A stretch of DNA of 63,200 nucleotides, filler included, from Choristocarpus tenellus KU-1152 (lineage: Eukaryota; Protista; Phaeophyceae): NCBI GenBank assembly GCA_964200185.2. It is 9 parts of 9 records of this genome, joined end to end, with 100 filler letters (N's around TTAATTAATTAA, not from the genome) between each part and the next. Parts side by side here need not be neighbours in the genome. Positions count along the whole stretch, not along the records: positions 16,007 to 27,199 come from CAXNAD020002459.1; positions 27,300 to 31,418 come from CAXNAD020016116.1; positions 31,519 to 35,012 come from CAXNAD020019645.1; 6 more parts are not named here. The stretch is one strand, 5' to 3'. Positions 24,901 to 35,112 of the stretch are shown piece after piece. The position numbers and the translations under genes were made by a program. The notes beneath the pieces were generated by a model. The model searched no databases. It saw nothing but the letters and a program-made list of their open reading frames with translations, and was not told where the DNA came from. Every line of letters begins with the position of its first letter. Within the stretch, counting starts at the first letter, position 1.

Positions 24901-26748
24901 TCACTCAGTATGTGGAAGGTGACAGGGTTCTATAATATCTTATTATAACGAGTACAGTACCTGATGCCTGTTGTGGTTAACACTACCCTGTTGTTTGACT
25001 TAGTACCACTGCGTGTTTGCATTGCACCCTCTCACCAAACGCCAGTTCCCTGGTCCCATTGCCTCACAAGCTGCGTAAGTATCGTCCCAGTTGAGGGATC
25101 CTTCGGTGACATTGTATCGGGACGTATTTTTGTCACCTTTCCAGAAGCAGGTGGTGTCATCTGTGGCCACAGATAGAATGGCATAGCAGATGTAAGTGTG
25201 ATGAATGCATAATGTACCCAGCAAGGGATTGAGATGTTGAGGGATTGAATCAACGTTTTACCTCTAGTATGGCAGTGTGGGATGATGGGGTTGACTTCTT
25301 GTTCCAGTGGGTCCTTCTATCATTGTTATGGGAAACAACCCATATATGGTTCAACTATGAAAATTGGGAGTCGTACTTCAGCAATGACTATAATTTATCT
25401 AGGAAGGAATTTCGATAGATGCACAATGTTCCCGAGCAAAAATGGATCAATGGAGCTGTAGCCCATCATCATACAATTGTATTAGTAACTCTCCGCTCTC
25501 TGTTACTGTATCAGGCCTACAGCACAAGAAGTGCCAGCATATTCTACTGTACAAGTACGAATATTCATGCTGGAGTTACTCCTCTCCAGGTAATCTGTCA
25601 TCAACAAACCTGAGTGTAGGAAACTGCAGAGTTCTTGTTTGATTGACGACTTCTGATTGATTTACTTTGAATTCATCATCAAGCGCAACAGCACAATTAA
25701 AAGGGACTGTGGTATCTGAAACTCACTCTCAGGAAGGGTATCATAGTCCATGCTCCACCAGGCCTTCCAATACGTCGTTTGCAGGTGCTCACCGTCTCCA
25801 TCGAACCCTGCCGACCAACCGAGGCCTTGATCTATGCCACCTCCCTCAATGATATAGTTTTTTATACTCAAGGAGGCTGATGACTGTGGGCCCCTGGGGG
25901 ATGCCTTGGGCACCCAGAACACGGGAGTCAGTTCACCGCTTTGAAACCCATGGTAGCAAGTGGAATTGAAAGGGAAAGATTCGTTGAATAGATACGGGGT
26001 CTGTTCAGTAAAGTTGGCGGTAAAGTCCACACAAGAGGACGTATATGCCCCTTCTTCCCCACAAGTGATATTCAGTCGAATGATGGTGTTGTTCAGGGCC
26101 TCGTACAGGTGTTCGTTCGCATTGTCCGGGATGGTCCTGATCCAGAGCTGGTCGATGTTGTTAACGTAGAAGAGATCTAACTCTCTCTCCACACCGAGGG
26201 CGAAGTAGGTGGTGTTCCACGAGCCATTGCCTGTCTGGAATGCTGCCAACTCCCCATTGCAACCTTCATTGATGGGTGTTCCTGGGGCAGGAATTTGTCG
26301 AGAGTAGTTGGAGGCGGATGAGTCACAGACTCTGATTCGTTTTCCTTAGTCCGACATATGACTGATTTTGGAGGTTGTACGAACGATTATTTGTTTATGG
26401 GTAACCCGCGTAGTATCTAGTTCTTTCTAACTCTCGAGACCTACAGAGATTCACATTCATTGTAGGAGCACACATCTAAGAAATAATAGTTTGAGATCTC
26501 TACTCACCATCAGCTTTGACTATCGAGTTTCCCTTATTCAGTAGGGAGTCCCCCGGGCTGTTCGGTCCTGCTTCGGGGAGGGTGAACAATGGCATATATC
26601 CATCAGCGAAGGTATGGTTGCAGACTTGGTAGGACACATATTCTCTGCCGACTGCAGTCGGCAAGAAAGCCAGTATCGCGGTTATCGTGACCATGATCAC
26701 TACTTCATGGCACAGCATCTTGCTTGACCATCCTCTCTTCGATTGCAT
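18955..26748 (-). CDS. Secreted/GPI-anchored protein: signal peptide - repeat R1 - linker - C-type lectin (EPN) - R2 - R3 - hydrophobic tail; exons 26748 (or 26718)-26508, 26281-25727, 25160-25036, 24569-24230, 24101-24039 (tentative), 22326-~22020, ~21330-21050, 19323-18955
   Basis: Most joins are GT-AG and phase-consistent. CTLD motifs: LNWDDTYAACEAMG..WRL|VNIETSDE, LWIDLTD, W..NEPNN.GDEDCVEI, LND..C, LCE. Hydrophobic N-terminus VVIMVTITAILAFLPTAVG and C-terminus LSIVVTALTGISWFLSAVML*. Three mutually alignable repeats. The exon 6/7 boundary is uncertain. Confidence 0.75.
19477..19733. mobile_element. MITE family A, TSD GACT
   Basis: TIRs as in family A; GACT at 19473-19476 and 19734-19737. 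Confidence 0.92.
20624..20881. mobile_element. MITE family A, inverted relative to the 19477 copy, TSD CTCT
   Basis: TIRs; CTCT at 20620-20623 and 20882-20885. Confidence 0.92.
22933..23190. mobile_element. MITE family A, apparent 3-bp TSD AAA
   Basis: TIRs and internal homology to the other copies. Confidence 0.9.
23348..23592. mobile_element. MITE family A, right end truncated
   Basis: Starts GAGCCAAAGTATCC; homology stops after TACCCTCT. Confidence 0.85.
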
Positions 26749-27199
26749 TGCATCCAGTGCACGGAAGAAATATACGTGAGGATAACACAGGGAGAAGAAG
26801 CACGAACTTAGACAATGGATGAGGAACAGGACAAATCCCAAAACTCCCTATCCGCAATGAAAGCTCAAACCAAAAGTGGAACAACTGTTTGTACTGGATG
26901 AAACGTCAGATGTATGGATATGACACTACAACCAACAAACTCATCCATGTATGTAGAACATGTAGACGAAATAAATCATTTCATAATATTAAACTTGTAA
27001 GGAGTTGGAAGAGAAAACATAAAATCGAAGTGAGTCAACGTAGTTGTTATGTATGTGTGATCGTTTATCATTTGTCAACCCTAATCCAATAACATGTAGG
27101 AATTGCATTTTGCCCCAACAATTTTTCCTGGTAGTTAACAGGGGAATCTCAAAATCGAGGAAGGCGCGGGGCTATGAGGATGGGTTTTTTGCGAAAACG

Positions 27200-27299
27200 N
27201 NNNNNNNNNNNNNNNNNNNNNNNNNNNNNNNNNNNNNNNNNNNTTAATTAATTAANNNNNNNNNNNNNNNNNNNNNNNNNNNNNNNNNNNNNNNNNNNN
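27200..27299. other. Artificial contig linker
   Basis: N44-TTAATTAATTAA-N44. Confidence 0.98.
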
Positions 27300-28791
27300 T
27301 TTCGCAGATAATGCGTACCCCTCACTCACCCCTGTTGGGGCATCAAATACAAAAAAAAAAAACATGACCTCAGCCGATTTGCTTGAGAAGTGGACTCGGC
27401 GGCGGTCTTCTCCTACAAACACAGGCGTGACAACTGCTACTGTTGCCTGGAAACAGAACTCCCAACACCGAAGGCGGTATCTATTCTGCTCCAGCATAAT
27501 CTCTCGCTCCAAGCAATATTTTCTAAACCAGAGAGGGGTAGAAAAACAACCGTGGAACTCCTCGAGGTGGTTATTAGGTGCACCGAGGAGGGGTGTAACC
27601 CATGCGATTGGAAAAGCTCGTAGAGAGGATCCCTGGAAGCATCACATGCTACTGTACCAAGCAACTAGAGCACCTTTCCAAAAAAGCAGGAAGAGGTAGA
27701 GAGGGCACCATTGCCGACATGCAACAGAGGAGGTACAGATGGCCTTGGGAGTGGATTGCTACACATGTTGTGTTGGTGCGAATGTAGCAAGATCTCCCGA
27801 CTTGAATATCTGCAAAAAGGAGCTGCTGCCTAGCCGTACTCGTACGACTATTTATATTTACACACTATTGGCATGCTGTTACCGCCTAATCGTCCTGTTT
27901 GCGTACAGAAGTGGTTGAACAAACGAGGGTGGAAAATATCTACCTCAGAGAGAGTGGTGGTGCCGGCGGAGGTACTGGAGAGGGTACAAAACATAGATGC
28001 TGCAGATTTGAACACATTCCATGCCTCAGTTCAGGAACGCGGGAAAAAGCAAATTGCGAGCTCTCTCGTATCAGGGACTGAACCAGAAGGCAGAAAAAAG
28101 CTGGTATTGTAGAAAATTGCAACAACGCCACCAACGATTGTGCTGACTGTGCAGGGAGGGTATCTGGGCAATAGAACAGTAAAAATATCCTCACACAGAT
28201 TGGTGATGTACGGTATTGAAGCGAACGAATACCGATTAAGGGGTGCGATCATGAAGCACCAAGAAAGGTGGGGAAAGCTAACTATCTTCCACGACAATGC
28301 CCGACATTCGCTCCACTGAGGATAGGCTGGTGCACCAGAGAGAAAGATTTACTTAAACTTGCCCAATTCATATTGTGCGGTTCTTTTCACGAATGAGGCT
28401 CACTAGGGTGACCCTTCATCCATAGATAAGGACCAGTCACCACACAGCTGGGTAACAAGGAAATTAGCACAGCACTCACACACGACATGAGATCCAGAGG
28501 TCTAGGGTCCTCGCGAGCATATCCGGTGACCATGGCAAAGACAGTGAAAGGAACGTGAGTTCTAGCATGATACACAGCGAGTGTTACCGCTGAACATGGT
28601 ACTCGAACGGATCATCATGGTTCGCGCTTTGAAATAGGTAACAAAACAAGGACATCATGCATTTATGTGGACAGTGGCCGTATGTATGGATATAAGCTAG
28701 GAATTTGCACTGTCCAACGATACATATACTTGCATCTCTAGAACGTAGAATATACCAATGGCCTCGACGTTACGAAAGAATCTGTTCTCAC

Positions 28792-28915
28792 CAGCCAGTA
28801 ATGCGTTCCCCTCCTCCTTGAGAATCTCCGCCTTGTCTTTGGTCTCTTGAGACGGTTCATGAGTCTCACCAACAGTCACCTTTGGTTCCATATCCTTCCC
28901 TCCCTTGTTTTCCAT
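28792..28915 (-). CDS. First exon of a TPR protein (PP5/co-chaperone-like); downstream exons not found
   Basis: MENKGG...KDKAEILKEEGNALLA followed by a GTGAGA donor. AExLKxxGN is a typical carboxylate-clamp TPR start. Confidence 0.65.
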
Positions 28916-29440
28916 AGCGGACAAGCTACTGACGGTCTGGGAGTGTAGGGACCTACGAGCAGTGACAATTTGGAGTTGCTAGGGGAGTTCATGGGATGTT
29001 GGGAGGCCAATATCATTTTTTAAAATATGATCATCATCACAAACCTCCATCCTATTCCCATCCCTAACAGACAAGGTGACACACTAATAGTAGTATCACC
29101 CATAGTTGCGTCCTTCCTCCTCAGGTGCGTCACATGTGCCTCATCTTCATACCTTTCTCTGTACTGAATTCCCCTGTTTTTTGCCCGAACTGCCTCAAAC
29201 TGTTCGAACTCACTCCACAATTATGTACACATCGTCCTTTTTCGTTTGTTGCGATTGCTCCACCTTTACTCTTGTCTATCAGCATACAAACCTACTTATA
29301 CTGCACCAAAGATGGGTTCGTTCCTCACCACACCACCTCTTTTTCCTGACAATCTGTTCTCCTCCCTTCCCTCTCGTGTTGTCTTGGTGCACTTAATTGT
29401 AAAATCAACTGATTACAGAGGTGGGAATCTATTTTAGCCA

Positions 29441-30591
29441 ATGCATCGCCTCCAGATGGTGTTTGGTCGAACATTGGGACGAGGAGGGTGTCAAAGTGCT
29501 GGAAAATCGATATTATCCTCAGCTGGTATGGTTGAGGGCAGGGAGTCGCACGATTTCGTGGTACCACCCCCACCACTGCCAACCCTGACTGTGGTGGGAG
29601 GCAAGAGGTTTCCTGTGAGACGGATTTATTGCGTTGGAAGCAACTACAGGTGCGAGGCGTATGCAAGCATTGATTTTTCCCTTGAGATTGCTAACATAAC
29701 GTCAATCATTTTTATGGACCGAGAATCTGACTGGAAACGGGGGCGATCGTTGAGAGACTCGAAAGAGTACTCATTATTCGAATCGAAGCAAGTGCCATTT
29801 GTAAGACTGACTCTGTTGAGATGTGCTCTTGACCTTCGTCGGAATCCTCCCACACCTAGGTTTCATCTTCAGACCGAAACTTCCGTGTCTCTACCTCCCA
29901 GCAGGAGACAGAAGACACATCGACAACGCCTTTCTGCTCGCGTTTTTGTTTGAAAGACCATAGGAGCTGTATCGATAGTAGTTCGGTAATCAGACAGCTT
30001 GCTCTAGAGTTACACAATTAACCTATCAAGTCCTAAGTTGGCCATCGAGACATCTTCAGCACCCAAGTTGTGACACCAGACATCGACAGTCACTTCACTG
30101 AGAGTTAAGGGAAGATTTTTAGAAGAGGGGAAAGTTGAAGTTGATGGGAGGATGGAAGCAGTGCAGTATCAACATAGGCTTAACTAACCCTTCCCGAATA
30201 CACCCCCCAACCCTCAAACTCGTCTGTCATGACACCGCCCTGTATGCGCAAAAGAGCTCACGCACTAGAGATGGGGGGCAACCCCGAAAGAGACCCGCCT
30301 TTCTTCTTCTGCAAACCTCCTGATGCTGCTGTAGATGTATCCCTCCCTGACTCCAAGATACACTATCCCTCTGAGACATCCGACCTGCATCATGAAGTGG
30401 AAATGGTAGTCGCCATTGGAAAGGGTGAGTTTGAATCCCCCACCTCAAAACAAAAACAACACTCCACTCCACTCTACCCCCGCCCGTGATTGATTGGTTC
30501 AGTTATGTGCACTGCTATAGCTTCTGCTGTTCTTACAGACTGGGAAGGGGAGAGGAAAAGAAAGATGGGGGGAGGGGGGGTTGTACTACTT

Positions 30592-30639
<48 letters not shown>

Positions 30640-31418
30640 GTATTCTTCGATTACCTTTGCGCATATACACACGCCATGCAAGGATTGTGACTCCTGTTCT
30701 AAACAGCCTAGCTGCACAGTAGTGTATGTTCATTTGGGTGAGCTCTGGCGTTCTTTGTCTCGGCCTGGGCCTGCCTAAGGGTTCCCAATCCCCTCACCTT
30801 CCTGTGGAGAGAGAGGCCAGGGACAGAGAGGTGGAACCCTGTTGCTGGTACTCATATGCCATCTTGTTCGTTTCTATCATGGTGTACACAGTATCAGACT
30901 CTACTTCACTGCTGTGCCCTAACCTGGCCTAGCCTAGCCAAGTTGCCTTCCTAGTTGCGCTTATTGTAATCTAGCCCTTGGGTGTGTGTGTGTGTGTGTG
31001 TACTTCATCTCCGCTTGCGTCTGATAACAACATGCACTTGATACTCTACCGTGATTGTAAAAAAGTTGCAGAAAAATAAATAAATATATATATATATATA
31101 GATGTCTTTTTTGTTTAAAAAAAAAGGCTTTGCGAGTGCGCAAAAACGTTCTCAAACTGCACCGCACACCGGCACCGGCTATGCACACTCCAGGTGGCCG
31201 CAAAATCCCCGTAGCGCAAGCTCTGGGCCATGTGTTCGGCTACGGAACGGGGGTAGATCTCACCCGCCGGGACATGCAGTGGGCCGCAAAGAGCAAGGGA
31301 AGGCCGTGGGACTGCAGCAAGGGCTTCGATGGCTCGGGCCCGGTGGGTGCCCTGACGCCCACGGCGGCCGCATCAACCGTCACACCGGGAGGGGGGGCTG
31401 GGGCGATCGAGAGGATGG
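29441..31418 (+). CDS. Fumarylacetoacetate-hydrolase family protein (acylpyruvase/fumarylpyruvate hydrolase-like), 3'-partial; exons 29441 (or 29528)-29649, 30255-30424, 31194->31418
   Basis: [13 protein letters not shown]|[22 protein letters not shown]...[13 protein letters not shown]|GG...[17 protein letters not shown]...[12 protein letters not shown]; GT-AG introns with consistent phases. Confidence 0.92.
30595..30632. repeat. (AT)n microsatellite, intronic
   Basis: Perfect AT run. Confidence 0.95.
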
Positions 31419-31518
31419 NNNNNNNNNNNNNNNNNNNNNNNNNNNNNNNNNNNNNNNNNNNNTTAATTAATTAANNNNNNNNNNNNNNNNNNNNNNNNNN
31501 NNNNNNNNNNNNNNNNNN
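31419..31518. other. Artificial contig linker
   Basis: N44-TTAATTAATTAA-N44. Confidence 0.98.
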
Positions 31519-31779
31519 GAAAGATCGCAAAGGTTCCCCAAATATATTCCAATGTTTGTAAACCAGAGAAGCCCCAACGGTAAATGATGATAAGAGATAC
31601 TAAAAACGGCTCCAAACGGCTCAGTTCTTCTGACCCAGAAAAGCCCTACTTATTCAGTTATCTCTTTCTGATACCGAAAACCATACTCTTTTCTTGTGCT
31701 ACTTGATTCACCTGAGAGTGCTGCTGTTCTGCTGAGCTGACGTGCGTTAGTCTGCGAATTGGATTTGGCTTGTACATCC

Positions 31780-32400
31780 TGGAAAGGTGAGCATTGAGGG
31801 GCGCCTGTAAAAGATCTGCTGACGGTTAGTTTAAACTCAATGGGGGGGATTTGGCATGTCGGCTCCAGGGGTTGTGTTAGAGGCCCATGCATTTGCCCCT
31901 TGTCCACATTGGCCCCAGTGGCGTGCCAGGGCTAGCAAGGAACTTTCCTTCCCTTGCTCCACTTCATCAGGTAAGGCGGTCAGTTGCACCTGGAAAGAGT
32001 CGAAGCAGATCCTGTTTAGGAGGTGGGCAATCTCATGTTGTGCCCTCCTTGTAATCCTGGCATCGTGAGCTGCCAGAGTGTGGACCTCTGGGGACGGTGT
32101 GGGGGGTGTTGTTCCCCCCTATGTTACCTAACCTTGGCCAATCATTTCCGCTAGGTCTTCTGAGGGAACTCCTATAGAGAGGAGGGTGTAGATGAATGAT
32201 CCCAGGGCCCACACTGTTGGGCTCGCACAGATCGCATGTGAGAAGGACTCGCCATGACGCCCTTGCTGCCTTCCTAGGAGGGTGGGGAGAGTGGCCACTA
32301 GTTATCCTACGTATGCTCCATGTTGGTAGTGGTTCATAGACGAGAGGCCCAACCCCCCCACACTTGTGGGCATCTGTGCCTGTGCTTATTGGTGGGTATC
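31780..32400 (-). mobile_element. CRE-like non-LTR retrotransposon fragment, decayed
   Basis: Minus strand reads AQAQMPTSVGGLGLSS...HGAYVG*L, homologous to 39015-39110, with stops. Boundaries approximate. Confidence 0.65.
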
Positions 32401-32688
32401 TACTTGGACCATATCCTAAATCCTACTGTCAAGAAGTAACAACTAAAAAAGATCTACTTTCCTTGTCCATCCGAATCATTAAAAAAATCCAAGGGATTCT
32501 AACAATTCCAAGTGCGACAATCGTACGACATTCAAGCGGCATGCCTCCATATCAAAATATTAGTACATATTACCATTCATTCTCAGTCAGTAACGCCCCA
32601 AATTCCAAAAAACTTTCAATCTACATAATCTTATCTGTTTTATTGATGTGGTTTTATAGTTTCGTTGTTCTGTAAATGTGGGATTAAT

Positions 32689-35012
32689 TGTTGAGAAGTT
32701 TGGCGCATGGAAGGCTCGTCGCCGAAAGCTAGTAGTTGAGTTATATATTAAAGCATACACTGAATTATTAATTGCCCGCCAGCCATCCACCATCTCTGAC
32801 GTGTGAATGAATGTTAACATTATATTTTTATGCACTTTCATACTTTGTATCGTACCTAACAAATTAGAAACGTACATATATAACCTATGTTCTATTCTTG
32901 ATCAGCACAGATAACGAAATAATAACACTAGGTTATTCGACACCCTCCCCTTGCTGAAAACAAGTATTAACTCTCAAACAATCACAAACAAACAAAAAAC
33001 ACACACACACATGCTATCTACATGTTCATCAAAAACTTCACATGTCGAAAAACTCAAACTGGCAAATTCTTGATCATTACATTTGTCCTCTGATTTGCAG
33101 TACCAACAAAACAAAACGAATCCCTCATAAAATGATGTCGGATATCAATGTGCTTTGTTCTAGTAGAGCTTGTGGCATTTCGTACTAGATTGCATGCACC
33201 ATCGTTATCCTCAAACATGTCAATGCAACGCCTGGGAAACTGTAGCTGAATAAAATCAAAAACGCTTCTCAAGAAAAGTAATTCCTGTTCCACACTGCTA
33301 AGAACTACGTATTCACTCTCCGTTGAAGACAGAGCTACAACTCTTTGCACCTTTGACATCCAAGATATTGCTCCTCCAGTCACTGATCTACTATCTAGCA
33401 TCAGCATACGCACTCAATTCACACTCAGTATCAAAACCACCAAAACTCAGTCCAACATTGGGACACGTATTCAAATATGCTAAAACACACTTCACTGCAC
33501 GCCAATGTGTGACTTTGGGATTGCTACTATACTTGGAAACTTCACGAACTGCACTTGTAATGTCAAGCCTAGTCGTAATAGATGCCCACATCAGACTACC
33601 AACTGCCTCTCTGTATGGTGTATTTTCATCAACACTTGGATGACTCTCACTCTAGAGTCGTTGAGAAATCATGAGGTACCGATCTCTTCTTTGCCCCATC
33701 CATACCAAATCTTTGACACTCTTAATGTACCTAGTCTGATTGATGGTAACAGTCTGTGCAGTTCTGTCACGTGAAATCTCACAACCCATATAATACTCAA
33801 GATCACCAAAGTCTTCTATGGAAAACTGCCCCTTAATCCTAGAACGAACCCAAATCAAAACATCAATTTTACCAACTACCAAGAGATCATCTACGTGGGG
33901 GGCTGTCTCAACACAAACAACGCCATCTCTTACATAGCGTAACACACAAGGATCTGCTCTGCATTGCTCAAAACGACACTTTTCCAAAACGTGCACCAAC
34001 AGATTATTAAACTCCCTGCTTACCTGTTGGTGCCATAAAGTGCCTTGACTAAACGCAAATCTTTCCAGGCCTTGTACCACATCCATCACATAAACGAACA
34101 AAGATCTCTTCACTAGTGTCTGCTTGGATAAAAGCCTGTTTCACATACCAATGTTTCAATTCCCAATCCTTGTCTGCAGCTAAAGCTAAAACCATTCTCA
34201 AAGATGCAGGGGACAGTGTTGGTGCAAAGGTATCTTGATAATCTAAACCCTCAATCTGTCGAAAACCTTTTGCTGCCAAACGTGCCTTGTATCTAACTAC
34301 CTTACCAAATTTGTTAGTCATACGCTTGTGAATCCATTTAGTGTCTATTGCCCTGCGTCCAGGGGGTAATATGGCCTCCACCCAAACATTATTCAACAAC
34401 AAATCAGACATCTCTTCTGCTCTAGCTCGATCCCATAAATCACATTCGGGAGAGCTACGTGCTGCTCTTACAGTCTTGGGTTCTGGAGGGAGCTCATCCA
34501 CTAGCTCTCTAATAGAATCATCACTCGCACACATCACAAGGGTAGTCTCTATGGAAACAGACAAACAAGTCATAAAAAATTGGACATGTTAAAAACAGCA
34601 GCTTTGGCGGAAGTAGGATGATTGCCTGATCTGGTGTGGTGGGGAAGGATATTGTCTTCATCATTGCCAGTGCTTAGTCGTCGTAATTATCTTTCACATT
34701 GGCTGTCCTTAGCCTCATCCACCTTATCATCATCACCATCATTGCTATCCTCAGTCTCCTCCACAAGTTCACCACTATCCCAGGTGTCATCAGATTCATC
34801 ACTATCACCTAGTCCACCTTCAATCCAGGTAATTCCATCATCATCACATTCACCGCCCATCTCCTGATTTAGAGGGAGGATGTACCCTGGAGTGTCATCC
34901 AAATCTTCATTATCCCGATCTAAATCAGAGATTGGAAAACGGATGTTCGTAGATAGTGCTGCTGATACACTTATAGACACCACTGGTGGATTATGTGATA
35001 GGGTAGAGAGCC
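32689..35012 (-). mobile_element. Copia LTR retrotransposon 3' half (RT, RNase H, PPT, 3' LTR 32942-32689), decayed
   Basis: RT motifs RYKARLAAKGFRQIEGLDY, VKQAFIQ, HVDDLL; RNase H motifs ALSSTESEY, EDND, RTKHIDIRHHF; PPT AAGGGGAGGG then TGTCGAATAA...CTCAACA; frameshifts. Confidence 0.95.
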
Positions 35013-35112
35013 NNNNNNNNNNNNNNNNNNNNNNNNNNNNNNNNNNNNNNNNNNNNTTAATTAATTAANNNNNNNNNNNNNNNNNNNNNNNNNNNNNNNN
35101 NNNNNNNNNNNN
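35013..35112. other. Artificial contig linker
   Basis: N44-TTAATTAATTAA-N44. Confidence 0.98.

Noticed and set aside
27364-28310. Tc1/mariner transposase (RSPDLN near 27790, FHDNAR near 28290)
   Set aside because: The motifs are short, in the wrong order and in broken frames, which is not enough for a call.
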